A stretch of 64,000 nt of DNA, from contig JALOQM010000001.1 of assembly GCA_025453495.1 (NCBI GenBank), forward strand, positions 15,664-79,663, read 5' to 3'. This DNA comes from Minisyncoccota bacterium (GTDB lineage Bacteria; Patescibacteriota; Minisyncoccia; Phycocordibacterales; UBA9973). Position 1 is the stretch's first letter, and each line of letters opens with the position of its first letter. The notes under the pieces are model-generated. The model was given only the letters and a program-made list of their open reading frames with translations, ran no database searches and had not been told where the DNA came from. Shown here in pieces: positions 40,034 to 51,561 of this stretch. The position numbers were made by a program, and so were the translations under genes.

Positions 40034-40714
40034 TTATTTCTTGGTGTACTCTCGCTTATCTTTATCAAACACCTCACCACGATAAATCCATACCTTGATG
40101 CCGATGTCGCCATACGGAAGATGTGCTTTCTCTCGAGCAAAATCAATATCAGCACGGAAGGTCTGAAGTGGGATTGAGCCACGCTTTATTTCTTCAGTGC
40201 GTGCGATTTCAGCACCACCAAGACGACCTGAGAGTACAAAACGTACACCACGTACTTCGCGTGCACTCATGACCTTTTCTGCCATTTGTTTCATGATGCG
40301 ACGGAATGTCATACGCTTTTCAAGTCCTTCAGCAATCGCGTAGGCGACGATATGCGCATCGGCGTCTGGAGACTGTACCTCGACAATATCTATCTTGAAG
40401 TCTTCAGGCATCTTGATACCACGCTTTGTCATCATCTTAACAAGACCAGCACGAAGCTTTGTTGCCCCTTCACCATTTCTACCGATGATCATGCCAGGAC
40501 GTGAAGTCTTAATGATAAGACGAGTTGCCTTCTGGCCTCTTTCGATCTCGATCGAAGAAACATATGATCCACGAAGTGTCTTTCCAAGAAATGAACGGAT
40601 AGTGACATCAGCGCGAAGATAGTCTTTGAATTTTTTTGGGTCAGAAAACCAACGAGATTTCCAGTCTCTGAGGATAACAAGTCTATGTGCGTATGGGTGG
40701 ACTATTTTTGACAT
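40034..40714 (-). CDS. rpsC: 30S ribosomal protein S3
   Basis: RPGMIIG, SGRLGGAEIAR and IPLQTFRADID. Confidence 0.97.
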   Translation of the reverse strand: MSKIVHPYAHRLVILRDWKSRWFSDPKKFKDYLRADVTIRSFLGKTLRGSYVSSIEIERGQKATRLIIKTSRPGMIIGRNGEGATKLRAGLVKMMTKRGIKMPEDFKIDIVEVQSPDADAHIVAYAIAEGLEKRMTFRRIMKQMAEKVMSAREVRGVRFVLSGRLGGAEIARTEEIKRGSIPLQTFRADIDFAREKAHLPYGDIGIKVWIYRGEVFDKDKREYTKK

Positions 40715-40722
40715 AAAAAAAA

Positions 40723-41127
40723 TTATTTTTCGGATGTAGGTTCCTCTAGTTTTTTCGACACTTTTTTAGAAGCTGAAACAGAGCGAGACTTCTCTTTCGG
40801 TGCTCGCTCTTCAAGTTCTATCAAGACATGACTCGCACGTTTGTTGATCCGTGTCGCCATACCATGTGAACGTGGCTGGCTGCGCTTCATTGTGACACCT
40901 TTGTCAACTCGCACATCTTTGACATACAATAATTCTTCTTTTACAGAAAAATTCTGCTTTGCATTCGCAATTGCTGACGCAAGTAGTTTTCTGATAGGTT
41001 CAGCTGCGCGCTTTGCCAAAAACGAAAGTTCAGCATCAGCGGAACTTGTCTGCTTTCCCTTGATAAGTCCGGCTACAAGTCGGACTTTTCTTGGTGATTG
41101 TCTATAGTTTGCGAGTACTGCTTTCAT
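40723..41127 (-). CDS. rplV: 50S ribosomal protein L22 (with C-terminal extension)
   Basis: SPRKVRLVA and SAIANA. Confidence 0.96.
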   Translation of the reverse strand: MKAVLANYRQSPRKVRLVAGLIKGKQTSSADAELSFLAKRAAEPIRKLLASAIANAKQNFSVKEELLYVKDVRVDKGVTMKRSQPRSHGMATRINKRASHVLIELEERAPKEKSRSVSASKKVSKKLEEPTSEK

Positions 41128-41146
41128 GAAATATCAATTAATTGAG

Positions 41147-41494
41147 CTATTTTTTCTTTGAATCACTAGCAGAAGACTTTGCTGCCTGTGCTGCTGCTAT
41201 TTCTGCTTCTTTCTTTTTCTGCTCAAGCTCTTTCTGCATCTTACCGCCATGTTTTGTAAACTTACGAGTAAGTGAGAATTCACCGAGTCTGTGGCCAACC
41301 ATATCTTCTGTAACAAGGACATCAAGGTGCGTCTTGCCATTGTGCACACCAAAGGTAAAACCTACCATTTCTGGAGAAATCTGCGATGCACGTGCCCATG
41401 TCTTAATAACCCCTGTTTCAAGAGGCTTCTTGCCAGCTATCTTCTTGAGAAGACGCTCGTCAACATATGGTCCTTTTTTAAGTGATCGAGTCAT
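41147..41494 (-). CDS. rpsS: 30S ribosomal protein S19 (with Lys/Ala-rich C-terminal extension)
   Basis: [15 protein letters not shown] and MVGHRLGEF. Confidence 0.97.
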   Translation of the reverse strand: MTRSLKKGPYVDERLLKKIAGKKPLETGVIKTWARASQISPEMVGFTFGVHNGKTHLDVLVTEDMVGHRLGEFSLTRKFTKHGGKMQKELEQKKKEAEIAAAQAAKSSASDSKKK

Positions 41495-41691
41495 ATAAAA
41501 ACAAATAGCTCCGATGAGCTCCCGGTATACTATACAAAAAGCCTAGTAATGTCAAACCCTATACTAGATTTTGACGGAGCATCCAAGCCATCACCTTTCC
41601 TATAGCCAGAACAATTACTACAAAAAACAGACAATAAAAAAAGAAATCACCTGCAGTAGAGCGGTGATTCTTAAAATACAGTTATTCACAA

Positions 41692-42207
41692 TTATTTCTT
41701 AGGGAGAATTCCTAGTCGTTTATACATACCTTTTCTATACAATTCATAAGCCACAGCAGCAATAATTCCCCATATAACAAATATCTTAATATGACCTAAA
41801 AATACAACTGTATCAGTAATATGTGCGAAATAGTAAAGATTGATCGCATACACTACTCCCCAAAATAAAACAAAGTACACAACTGAAAAAAGGAGTTGCT
41901 TAAATGTAAGTTGTATCCTTTCTTCTTTTTTAAAGAAAAGGGCTTTTGTCGGCGCATAGAGTGGGGCAAGACAGAAATCAAAAACAAAAGAGAATACTCG
42001 TGATCTCCACCATTCAGAGATACTCAATGCTGGCTCTGTGATCCATAATTCACGAATAGTACCAGCAACGAAACCAAGACCAGCAAAAAGGATAATATCC
42101 CAAAGTATCAATCGATATTGTCTACCGGTAAGTTCAAAGGGGTGCAAGCAAATACGTGCTCCCCAATGTCTGAGGTAGTACTTTACAGTAGTCACGAAAG
42201 CTTCCAT
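41692..42207 (-). CDS. Hypothetical 4-TM membrane protein inserted between rplB and rpsS
   Basis: 171-aa hydrophobic AT-rich ORF flanked by terminator hairpins. Confidence 0.7.
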   Translation of the reverse strand: MEAFVTTVKYYLRHWGARICLHPFELTGRQYRLILWDIILFAGLGFVAGTIRELWITEPALSISEWWRSRVFSFVFDFCLAPLYAPTKALFFKKEERIQLTFKQLLFSVVYFVLFWGVVYAINLYYFAHITDTVVFLGHIKIFVIWGIIAAVAYELYRKGMYKRLGILPKK

Positions 42208-42311
42208 ATGTATAGGTTTTTGTGGATGAGATAGAACAGTAGTTGACTAGTTTGTATGCTAGCACTTCTAACAAAAAAGCCAAGTTTTCACTTGGCTTTT
42301 TTGCATACTTA

Positions 42312-43160
42312 TTATTGTGCTTTTCGCGATTTACCTGTGCGACGACGAGAGACAATGAAAATGTTTGAATATTTCTTTGGTGTACGAGTCTTTCTACCAC
42401 CAGTAATCTTACCCCAAAGTGTCTTTGGCCTGCGCGTACCACGTCCTTGCGCGCCTTCACCACCACCGTATGGATGGTCAACTGGGTTCATAGCAGAACC
42501 ACGAACTGTCGGGCGAATACCACGCCATCGCGAGCGACCAGCCTTACCGAAATTACGTAGTTTGTACTCATCATTGGAAACTGTACCGATACTCGCCCAG
42601 CAGTTCTCAGGCACCATACGAACTTCAGAAGATGGCATCTTGATGTGTGTATACCCATCGTTATTTGCAACTACTTGAGCGAAAATACCAGCACTGCGAG
42701 CTATCTTTGCACCACCGCGTGGTTTGAGTTCAACATTGTATACAAAATTACCTACTGGTATGGATTTGAGAGGAAGGCGATTGCCTGGAGCAAGCTTTGC
42801 TTTTTCCGAAACAATAAAAGTGTTACCTGGTTTAAGATCCTTTGGTACGATAACATAGCGCTTTTCACCATCAGCGTAGACTGCAAGTGCGATAAATGCT
42901 GAGCGGTTTGGATCGTACTCAATTGAAGTGATCTTTGCTGGGATATCAATCTTGTTGTACAAGAAATCGACAGTACGATATAAGCGCTTATTACCACCAC
43001 CTTTGTGGCGAGTTGTGATGCGACCCTGGTTGTTGCGCCCCACACTTCGTTTGAAGCCTTTGGTCAAAGATTTCTCAGGAGTACCACGTGTCAACACACC
43101 TCGGTATGTTACCGTTGTCATTTTTCTTCGTGATGGAGTTGTTGGTTTATACTGTTTCAT
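42312..43160 (-). CDS. rplB: 50S ribosomal protein L2
   Basis: EYDPNRSA and RGSAMNPVDHPYGGGEG. Confidence 0.98.
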   Translation of the reverse strand: MKQYKPTTPSRRKMTTVTYRGVLTRGTPEKSLTKGFKRSVGRNNQGRITTRHKGGGNKRLYRTVDFLYNKIDIPAKITSIEYDPNRSAFIALAVYADGEKRYVIVPKDLKPGNTFIVSEKAKLAPGNRLPLKSIPVGNFVYNVELKPRGGAKIARSAGIFAQVVANNDGYTHIKMPSSEVRMVPENCWASIGTVSNDEYKLRNFGKAGRSRWRGIRPTVRGSAMNPVDHPYGGGEGAQGRGTRRPKTLWGKITGGRKTRTPKKYSNIFIVSRRRTGKSRKAQ

Positions 43161-43190
43161 AAAATGATTACTTGTACTGAGTATGACACA

Positions 43191-43484
43191 TTAGACAAAT
43201 TGAATAGTATCGCCTTTCTTCAAATAGACAAGAGCCTTCTTTCCTCCTTTTTTGATACCATGATTACCGCGCACAAATACTTTCTTGCTTGGTACCATCG
43301 CAACGCTAACTTTTACTGGAGTGAATTTATAGAGTGTCTGGATAGCTTTTACTACTTCTTTTTTTGTCGCATTCAGAGCAACATCAAATGTGTATACATT
43401 TTGAGCTGAAAGCATAGCTGCTTTTTCTGTAATGCGGGGCTTGAGTAGTACTGTGCTTTTCTTTTTTGTATGTGAGGTATTCAT
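43191..43484 (-). CDS. rplW: 50S ribosomal protein L23
   Basis: P.ITEKA and KKA.V.L. Confidence 0.95.
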   Translation of the reverse strand: MNTSHTKKKSTVLLKPRITEKAAMLSAQNVYTFDVALNATKKEVVKAIQTLYKFTPVKVSVAMVPSKKVFVRGNHGIKKGGKKALVYLKKGDTIQFV

Positions 43485-43493
43485 GGCAGTGAT

Positions 43494-44207
43494 TTATTTT
43501 GCGCGGGCTGAAAGTGACTTTACTGTTGCTTCAGGATCGACGAACACGAGGTATTTATGATTGAGCACATCAAGCGGCGAGAGCATAGCTGTAGTGCCAA
43601 GTTCAACGTTCGGCAAGTTTGCAAAACTCTTTTCTACTGTCTGATTTTTTTCAGCAAGAGCGATATACGCCGCTGGCTTTCGCGCATTCTTCATTTTTTC
43701 AAAACCGGAAATACCCGCAAGTGCTGCTACGACGGTGGCAGCACTTTTCGTTTTAATTTCCGAAAGAGAGAGTGTATCGACAAAAAGCACTTGACCATCC
43801 TTAAATTTCTTTGAAAGCAATGTGAAGAATGCTTTGCTTTTCATTTTCTTATTTATCTTTTTGGTGTAGTTGCGCTCATTGCGAGGACCATGTGCAACGC
43901 CACCACCAACCCAAATTGGAGAACGAGTAGAACCATGACGCGCTCGGCCAGTACCCTTTTGCTTCCAAGGTTTTTTGCCAGTACCTGATACTTCACCACG
44001 GAATTTGGTGTGTGCAGTATTTGCACGAGCATTTGAAAGCATGCTTGTGACAACTTGATGCACAAGATCACGATTCCATCCAAGACCGAACTGTTCAGCA
44101 GCAAGCTCAAATGTGCTGGATTCTTTACCCTTCTGATCATAGACTTTCGTAGAAAGTGTGCCAGTTACTGGAGTCTTTTTATTCTTTTTTGCGGTAGTTT
44201 TTTCCAT
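43494..44207 (-). CDS. rplD: 50S ribosomal protein L4
   Basis: KPWKQKGTGRARHG. Confidence 0.97.
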   Translation of the reverse strand: MEKTTAKKNKKTPVTGTLSTKVYDQKGKESSTFELAAEQFGLGWNRDLVHQVVTSMLSNARANTAHTKFRGEVSGTGKKPWKQKGTGRARHGSTRSPIWVGGGVAHGPRNERNYTKKINKKMKSKAFFTLLSKKFKDGQVLFVDTLSLSEIKTKSAATVVAALAGISGFEKMKNARKPAAYIALAEKNQTVEKSFANLPNVELGTTAMLSPLDVLNHKYLVFVDPEATVKSLSARAK

Positions 44208-44214
44208 AAAGAAT

Positions 44215-44826
44215 TTAGCCAAATATTTCGACAAGTGTACCGCGGCGGCCCGGAATTGCTCCTTTTATAAGGAGCTGATTGTTATCCGTGTCAATATCGA
44301 CGATTTTTAGGTTGCCTACTGTCTTGCGCACACCTCCAGTGCGACCTGCCATACGCATACCCTTTGGAACTCGAGTACGAAGACCACCGCCGATTGAGCC
44401 TGGTTCACGCTCTGAGTGCTTCTGACCATGAGAGCGTGGGCCACCCTTGAAATTATAACGTTTAACAACACCTTGGAATCCTTTTGCTTTTGAGACAGCA
44501 GCAACGTCCACGGCATCTCCGATTGTAAAGATAGAAACATCGACAGTATCGCCTTGCTTCATACCATGTGCTGCATCTTCGACACGTACTTCTTTGAGGA
44601 TAGCAAATAGGCCGAGCTCTTTCATGTGGCCTGAAAGTGCTTTTGAGAGACGCTCCTTTTTCTGAGGACCATAGCCAAATTGCAGTGCAGTATAGCCATC
44701 TGTTTCAGAATTCTTGACCTGGACGAGAGTCATTGGACCTGCATCAACGAGGGTCGCTGGGACAGCTCTACCTTCAGGAGTAAAGTACTGCACCATATTG
44801 AGTTTTTTGCCGAGAATAAATTTCAT
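44215..44826 (-). CDS. rplC: 50S ribosomal protein L3
   Basis: KGFQGVVKR...SHG...PGSIG...KGMRMAG. Confidence 0.97.
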   Translation of the reverse strand: MKFILGKKLNMVQYFTPEGRAVPATLVDAGPMTLVQVKNSETDGYTALQFGYGPQKKERLSKALSGHMKELGLFAILKEVRVEDAAHGMKQGDTVDVSIFTIGDAVDVAAVSKAKGFQGVVKRYNFKGGPRSHGQKHSEREPGSIGGGLRTRVPKGMRMAGRTGGVRKTVGNLKIVDIDTDNNQLLIKGAIPGRRGTLVEIFG

Positions 44827-44903
44827 TGGTTTAGGTCTAGGATCTAAGGTGTGGAATGCATTACTACATCTACCGACTGCGTACTATAGCTAGCGAAGCT
44901 AGA

Positions 44904-45254
44904 CTACATCATTTTGACATCGATATCAACTCCTGATGGAAGAGAAAGGTTTGTTAGTGCTTCAATCGTCTTTGCATTCGGATTAGCGATATCGATGACA
45001 CGCTTATGTACTCGAATCTCAAACTGCTCACGTGCATTCTTATAGATAAATGGAGAGCGGTTAACAGTGTACTTCTTTATCTCTGTTGGAAGCGGTGTCG
45101 GACCCATTATAGTCGCATCATGACGAACTGCTGTGTCCATGATCTGCTTGACTGAGTTGTCGAGTATTTTGTTCTCATACGCGCGCACTCTGATCCGTAG
45201 GAGTACTTGTCCTTCTTCTTTGTTAGTTTTTTGTTTTGTTTTTGTTGTTGGCAT
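44904..45254 (-). CDS. rpsJ: 30S ribosomal protein S10
   Basis: GPTPLPT...RSP...REQFE.R.HKR. Confidence 0.97.
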   Translation of the reverse strand: MPTTKTKQKTNKEEGQVLLRIRVRAYENKILDNSVKQIMDTAVRHDATIMGPTPLPTEIKKYTVNRSPFIYKNAREQFEIRVHKRVIDIANPNAKTIEALTNLSLPSGVDIDVKMM

Positions 45255-45315
45255 TTTTAGTAGTTCCGACACTTCGGTCGGAATTCCGATTTTGCCCTAG
45301 GGCAAACGTCGGGGC

Positions 45316-46512
45316 TTACGCGACAATCTTTGTGACGACACCCGCACCGACAGTCTTACCACCTTCACGGATAGCAAAACGAGTCTGGTCTTCAAGCGCA
45401 ACTGGAGCAACAAGCTTCACCTTGAAAGTGACTGTATCGCCTGGCATAACCATTTCGACACCAGCATTCAAAGTAACATCACCAGTAACGTCTGTTGTAC
45501 GAATGTAAAACTGTGGCTTGTACCCTGAGAAGAATGGAGTGTGACGTCCGCCTTCTTCTTTCTTCAAGATATAGACTTCTGCTTCAAATTCAGTATGTGG
45601 GGTAACAGAGCCTGGCTTTGCAAGCACTTGACCGCGTGTGAGGTCTTCCTTCTTAATACCACGAAGGAGGATACCAGCATTGTCGCCAGCCATGCCTTCT
45701 TTGAGAGACTTGTTAAACATTTCGATACCAGTGATTGTTGTCTTTGTAGTATCTTTGATACCAACGATTTCAACATCTTCACCAACCTTACAGATACCAC
45801 GTTCGATACGGCCAGTGACAACTGTACCACGACCTTCGATAGAGAAAATGTCTTCAATAGGCATGAGGAACGGCTTTGCTGTATCGCGCTCTGGCAGTGG
45901 GATATACGTGTCGAGTGCATTTGCAAGCTCAAGTACCTTCTTTGCCCATTCGTCCTCGTTGTTTGCTGACTCGAGCGCCTTGAGACCTGAGCCACGGATA
46001 ACTGGACAATCCTTGTCAAAGCCCTGCTTTTCGAGAAGTTCACGAATTTCTTCTTCGACGAGATCAATCATATCCTTGTCGTCAACCATGTCGCACTTGT
46101 TGAGGAACACGATGATACGAGGCACACCAACCTGGCGTGCGAGAAGGATGTGCTCACGTGTCTGTGGCATTGCGCCGTCAGTTGCTGCAACTACAAGCAC
46201 TGCGCCATCCATTTGTGCAGCACCAGTAATCATGTTCTTGATATAGTCAGCGTGACCTGGGGCATCAATGTGTGCATAGTGACGAGTCGGTGACTCGTAC
46301 TCGTTGTGCGAGAGAGCGATCGTGATACCACGCGCTTTTTCTTCTGGGGCATTGTCAATATCGCCGACGCCCTTAAGCTTTGCACTATAGCCACCCCCTT
46401 GGCGACCAAGCACTGTCAAAATAGCCGCAGTAAGAGTTGTCTTACCGTGGTCCACGTGACCGATTGTACCAACGTTCACGTGTGGTTTGTCTCTGTTAAA
46501 TTCTTCTGCCAT
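45316..46512 (-). CDS. tuf: Elongation factor Tu
   Basis: [17 protein letters not shown] and NKCD; start MAEEF at 46512. Confidence 0.98.
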   Translation of the reverse strand: MAEEFNRDKPHVNVGTIGHVDHGKTTLTAAILTVLGRQGGGYSAKLKGVGDIDNAPEEKARGITIALSHNEYESPTRHYAHIDAPGHADYIKNMITGAAQMDGAVLVVAATDGAMPQTREHILLARQVGVPRIIVFLNKCDMVDDKDMIDLVEEEIRELLEKQGFDKDCPVIRGSGLKALESANNEDEWAKKVLELANALDTYIPLPERDTAKPFLMPIEDIFSIEGRGTVVTGRIERGICKVGEDVEIVGIKDTTKTTITGIEMFNKSLKEGMAGDNAGILLRGIKKEDLTRGQVLAKPGSVTPHTEFEAEVYILKKEEGGRHTPFFSGYKPQFYIRTTDVTGDVTLNAGVEMVMPGDTVTFKVKLVAPVALEDQTRFAIREGGKTVGAGVVTKIVA

Positions 46513-46875
46513 AAAATTACTCTTAAAAATAACTAATAAATAATAGTCAACTAAAAACAAAAACAACGCAAAAATGCGATTGCAAACCATACTAGCGGAA
46601 AAAAGTTGTAGAGTCAACCCCACACTACATTTTTGTGATGCATGAAATACATACTAAAAGTGAATTGCCAAAATCCAGTACACAGTCAAGTCCTTTATTT
46701 AAAAAATAACGCCCCGGAATGACAAAACCACCCAAAGGGTGGTTTTGTCTGCGTCAGAAGACGCGAGAAGAACTGATAAAAAATTTCTTGAAAGAGTATA
46801 GCATCTCTGTTCTAAAGAAATACTAAGGATAGAAAAACCTATCTCCGAACCTGTGAATCCACTGTAGGTACTAAT

Positions 46876-49017
46876 TTATTTACGTGACTCGATGATCGTT
46901 GTCGCAACATTTTGCGGCACCACGTCATAACGAAGGAATTCCATAGTAAAGCTTGCGCGACCTTCGGTCATAGAACGGAGGTTTGTTGTATAGCCAAACA
47001 TTTCAGACAACGGGACAACCGCCTTGAGTACCTGATTCATACCGCGTGGCTCCATACCTTCAATAAGACCGCGCTTTGAAGAGATTGAGCCGGTGACATC
47101 ACCCATGAATTTATCTGGAGTGACAACCTCAACTCGCATCATCGGCTCAAGAATAACTGGTTTTGCCATCTTTGCAGCATCTTGAATTGCCATAGAAGCA
47201 GCAATTTTGAAAGCCATTTCGTTTGAGTCGACTTCGTGATAAGAACCATCCCACAATTCGACTGACACATTAACCATCTTGAAGCCAGCGAGAATACCAC
47301 GATCAAGGCCTTCTTTGAAGCCCTTTTCACAGGCAGGAATATATTCCTGAGGGATAACGCCTCCCTTGATGGTGTTGATAAATTCAAATGCATCTGAGCG
47401 TTTGACAGTCTTTGGTAGGTCAGCAGGATCGATACTAAGATCCATTGGCTTGACCTTGATCTTGACGTGTCCGTAGTTGCCACGGCCACCAGATTGCTTG
47501 ATGTATTTACCTTCGACTTCTGCGTTGCCGGTGATGGTTTCACGATACGCAACCTGCGGCTTACCGACATTTGCCTCAACATTGAACTCACGCTTCATGC
47601 GGTCAACGATGATTTCGAGGTGGAGTTCTCCCATGCCGGCGATAATTGTTTCATTTGTTTCAGAATCAGTCGTAACCTTGAATGTAGGGTCTTCATCAGC
47701 GAGACGATTGAGTGCCATACCCATCTTTTCTTGATCAGCTTTTGTCTTCGGCTCAATACGAAGCGAGATAACTGGTTCTGGGAACTTGATACGATCAAGC
47801 TCAATCGGCGCGTCTTCACTACAGAGCGAGTCAGAAGTCTTTGTATCTTTGAGACCAACTGCTGCCGCAATTTCACCAGCAAAAACCTTTTTCACTTCCT
47901 CACGCTGATCTGCTTGCATGCGGACAATACGGCCGATGCGCTCTTTGTTGCGTGTGCGAGGATTGTAGATATACGAACCAGCTTCGAGTGTACCTGAATA
48001 GACACGGAAGAAGACAAGTTGACCGACGAACGGATCAGCCATGAGCTTAAACGCAAGCGCAGAAAATGGCGCTTTATCATCGGCTACACGAGTATCAGGA
48101 GCTTCAGTCTCAGGATTAATACCATTGATTGCAGGGATATCAAGTGGACTTGGGAGATAGTCGACGACGGCATCAAGAACAAGCTGCACTCCCTTATTTT
48201 TGAGCGCTGAGCCCGCATAGACTGGAAATATATCATTTGCAATAACCGCCTTTCTGAGTGCTTTTTTAAGATCTTCAAGGGACGGTTCGTTGCCTTCAAG
48301 ATATGCATTCATCATCACTTCATCATGCTCAACTATGCGCTCAATGAATTCAGCACGATACTTCTTGGCATCATCCATGAGTTCCGCTGGAACTTCTTTT
48401 TCGACTACTTTGTTTCCCATGTCTCCTTCAAAGTAAAATGCCTTCATAGTGAGGAGATCGATGACACCTTCATGTTTGTCTTCAAGACCTATCGGGATCT
48501 GTGCCCGGACAGCCTTTTTAGAGAGACGGTCAAGGATTGTCTTATATGAATGCTCAAATGACGCACCTGTTCGGTCAAGCTTGTTTACAAAACAGATACG
48601 TGGCACATTTGCCTCATCGGCATAGCGCCAGTTTGTCTCAGACTGTGGCTCAACACCGGCAACACCGTCAAAGACAACCACTGCACCGTCAAGGACACGC
48701 AGTGAGCGTTTCACTTCTACAGTGAAGTCAATGTGTCCAGGAGTGTCGATGATATTGAAGCGGAAACGCTTGTTTTTGTCTTGATTTGCGTATGTCGGGA
48801 TCCAAGTACAGGTAACGGCAGCTGCAGTAATAGTGATACCGCGCTCTCGCTCTTGTTCCATCCAGTCAGTAGTAGTCTCACCCTCGTGCACTTCACCAAT
48901 CTTATGAGACATGCCTGTATAGAAAAGGACACGCTCAGATGTCGTGGTCTTACCGGCATCGATGTGCGCGATAATACCGAAGTTTCTTGTTTTTTCTAGG
49001 GAATATTCTCGTTCCAT
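46876..49017 (-). CDS. fusA: Elongation factor G
   Basis: [18 protein letters not shown] and GMGELHL. Confidence 0.98.
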   Translation of the reverse strand: MEREYSLEKTRNFGIIAHIDAGKTTTSERVLFYTGMSHKIGEVHEGETTTDWMEQERERGITITAAAVTCTWIPTYANQDKNKRFRFNIIDTPGHIDFTVEVKRSLRVLDGAVVVFDGVAGVEPQSETNWRYADEANVPRICFVNKLDRTGASFEHSYKTILDRLSKKAVRAQIPIGLEDKHEGVIDLLTMKAFYFEGDMGNKVVEKEVPAELMDDAKKYRAEFIERIVEHDEVMMNAYLEGNEPSLEDLKKALRKAVIANDIFPVYAGSALKNKGVQLVLDAVVDYLPSPLDIPAINGINPETEAPDTRVADDKAPFSALAFKLMADPFVGQLVFFRVYSGTLEAGSYIYNPRTRNKERIGRIVRMQADQREEVKKVFAGEIAAAVGLKDTKTSDSLCSEDAPIELDRIKFPEPVISLRIEPKTKADQEKMGMALNRLADEDPTFKVTTDSETNETIIAGMGELHLEIIVDRMKREFNVEANVGKPQVAYRETITGNAEVEGKYIKQSGGRGNYGHVKIKVKPMDLSIDPADLPKTVKRSDAFEFINTIKGGVIPQEYIPACEKGFKEGLDRGILAGFKMVNVSVELWDGSYHEVDSNEMAFKIAASMAIQDAAKMAKPVILEPMMRVEVVTPDKFMGDVTGSISSKRGLIEGMEPRGMNQVLKAVVPLSEMFGYTTNLRSMTEGRASFTMEFLRYDVVPQNVATTIIESRK

Positions 49018-49263
49018 GAATTCGCTTTTAGGTGCTAGCTTCTAGCTGCTAGCTGTAAATAAATAGTAAATAAAAATGCTAGTAGCTAACTGCTAGTAGT
49101 TAGCGACTAGACAAAGACCGAACCGCCTTTAGTGAGTGCATAGTACGCTATTTAGTCGGTTTTTGCAATCTTGCGATTTATTGAAAACATTGAAAATGAA
49201 TCCTGTAAAATAAAAATGCCCGCCTTTTATTGAAGGCGAGCATTTTATTCCTTTACTTGCTCA

Positions 49264-50151
49264 CTAAGCAATTGCTGGAACAAATGTAAGTGCTCTAACA
49301 CACCCATCGATAACGCGAGAGAATCGCTCATCTGCATCTGATACCATAGAAAGATTATTCTGGTGAGTAATCTTCTTTGCTGCTTTTCCAATCAGGTTGG
49401 TTATGAGGGTAAGTCCAAGCACTTTTGCACCAAACTGTCGTACTGCAATAACTTCAGGAATCATTGACATTCCGATAACATCTGCTTGTGGTGAGTATTT
49501 GCGCTCAATTTCAGCATCTGTCTCAAGTTCAGGTCCAGGAACAGCTGTATATACGACAGTGTTTGCAAAAAGACGACCTATTTGTTCTTGAGATTTTTTG
49601 ATCCACTCTCGGTCATAGCAGTTTTGCATAGAGACAAAGCGATCAAGTTTAAACTCATCACCATCATTCTTTTTTAATACGGTAGGAAACCCACGAAGTG
49701 GACTATCACCGAGATTATTGACATGATCGTATATGAAAGCGATGTCACCCACTTCATATTCTTCTCCCATTGAACCAGAAGCATTTGTAAAAATGAAATT
49801 GTTTACCCCGCAGACACATAATGTACGTACCGGCAGTACAATTGCATGCATAGTAACACCTTCAAAATAATGAAGCCTACCCTGCACAACACAGACAAGG
49901 GCACCCGAGAGATAGCCAACGTGGACCATACCACTGTGACCTTCTACAGTTGGCTCTGTAAAACCAAGCACGGAAAAAGAAATTTGTTTGCTTTTTTGAA
50001 GCATAGCAATAATGTTTTCCGAACCATTTGTACCGGTACAAATTGCTACTTTCGGAGTCTCAAATCCATTTCTTAGAAGAAAATTTGCAAATCGATTCGC
50101 CGAAGCGTTAATCTGGCGACTGAGTTCTTGTTGTGTTACAGGATGTGTCAT
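49264..50151 (-). CDS. Purine nucleoside phosphorylase (trimeric, XapA/PunA-type)
   Basis: VEGH.G, QGRLHYFEG, TNASG, DHVN, GPELET.AE, GMS..PE and ITN. Confidence 0.88.
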   Translation of the reverse strand: MTHPVTQQELSRQINASANRFANFLLRNGFETPKVAICTGTNGSENIIAMLQKSKQISFSVLGFTEPTVEGHSGMVHVGYLSGALVCVVQGRLHYFEGVTMHAIVLPVRTLCVCGVNNFIFTNASGSMGEEYEVGDIAFIYDHVNNLGDSPLRGFPTVLKKNDGDEFKLDRFVSMQNCYDREWIKKSQEQIGRLFANTVVYTAVPGPELETDAEIERKYSPQADVIGMSMIPEVIAVRQFGAKVLGLTLITNLIGKAAKKITHQNNLSMVSDADERFSRVIDGCVRALTFVPAIA

Positions 50152-50275
50152 AACCTTGAATTTTTAGTGAGTGAGTATTGATTTGATTAAGAACAAATTT
50201 ATACCTAGACTACTGAAATAATAAAAATGGTCAAGTAAAAATAAAATCCCCTTGCTTTTTATAGCAAGGGGATTT

Positions 50276-50980
50276 TTACGCCAAGCTGCGTGAGAGTACT
50301 ACTTCTGCATACTGGTCGGGTTGCAGTACCTCACTTGGATTGTCCCATGAGGGATTTTTGCCGATTGTCTGCTCGGTAAATTTGTCACGCACACCATTTG
50401 TATTGACGAGCGGTGGTTTCTCAATGACGATATCCATAAACGTACCAAGCTTCTTGAGCAGAAGACCAAACTCTGTGACGCGAATCATGGATTGTACATA
50501 CCCTTCTTCGTTCACGCGTCGCGGATCGTCATCCTTGAAATCTGCCGCCTGCGAAGCAATAAACGTCACAAGCATCTGCGCACAGTGTATTCCATACAAA
50601 TCAAGCAGTGCGTCAATGACGGTTTCTTTGGTGAGATAATTGTCAAGATTGAGCGCCACGATCGCGCTTTGCCGCTTTTGCTCGGGCGTCTCGCCGGGAA
50701 ATGTATGATCCCAGGCAAACCTGCCTGCCACCAGGTATACGTGATTAAACACAATGCCAGCGTTGTGCCATTTTCTGATACTCTCATACACGCTTTCACT
50801 GTCCGTGAGTACACATTGCGAAAAAACAATATTCGGGTGTTCTGCAAACATACTATGCGCCCTTGCGATATCACCACGCACCAGTGCGTAAATTGTGTAG
50901 CCTTTGGCAAGTAGTGCACGAGCGATAGCTCCACCAATTCCGCCAGTTGCGCCTGTTATAAGTGCTGTTTTTGTTTTCAT
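50276..50980 (-). CDS. Divergent SDR-family Rossmann-fold protein
   Basis: ITGATGGIG NAD(P)-binding motif; the YxxxK motif appears degenerate (GYVQSM). Confidence 0.7.
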   Translation of the reverse strand: MKTKTALITGATGGIGGAIARALLAKGYTIYALVRGDIARAHSMFAEHPNIVFSQCVLTDSESVYESIRKWHNAGIVFNHVYLVAGRFAWDHTFPGETPEQKRQSAIVALNLDNYLTKETVIDALLDLYGIHCAQMLVTFIASQAADFKDDDPRRVNEEGYVQSMIRVTEFGLLLKKLGTFMDIVIEKPPLVNTNGVRDKFTEQTIGKNPSWDNPSEVLQPDQYAEVVLSRSLA

Positions 50981-51070
50981 AGTTATTTTGGTTTTCTTAG
51001 ATAAGAATACTCTGCTTCAAAGCAAAAATCCACCAGTATGGTGGATTTTTTAATTTCGTCTAGAAAAATA

Positions 51071-51541
51071 TTACCAAGCGAAGTGTGCAAATGCTTTGTT
51101 TGATTCTGCCATCTTGTGTGTGTCGTCTTTCTTTTTTATGGCTGCACCTTCATTTTTGCTTGCAAGAATGAGTTCATCGGCGAGTTTGATGTGCATTGGG
51201 CGACCTTTGCCAGCGCGTGCTGCACCGATAATCCAAGTCATTGCAAGGAGCTGGCGACGCTCAGGGCGAACTTCACGTGGCACCTGGTAGTTGGCACCAC
51301 CAATACGACGAGAACGCACTTCTGTAGATGGACCTGCATTTCTGATTGCGGCATCAAATATCTCAAGAGGGTTCTCTACTTTTGACTTTTCTTTGATGAG
51401 GTCGAGTGCACCGTAGACAACGTTACGTGCGGTCTCTTTTTTGCCACTCCACATGACATAGTTTATGAATTTGCCGAGACTATCAGAGTTGTAGACTATG
51501 TCTGCCTGGGCGATATTTCTATTTTTGACTTTTCTTCGCAT
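51071..51541 (-). CDS. rpsG: 30S ribosomal protein S7
   Basis: RRIGGANYQVP and MAESNKAFAHF. Confidence 0.98.
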   Translation of the reverse strand: MRRKVKNRNIAQADIVYNSDSLGKFINYVMWSGKKETARNVVYGALDLIKEKSKVENPLEIFDAAIRNAGPSTEVRSRRIGGANYQVPREVRPERRQLLAMTWIIGAARAGKGRPMHIKLADELILASKNEGAAIKKKDDTHKMAESNKAFAHFAW

Positions 51542-51561
51542 ATGTTAAATCGTCTTGAAAA

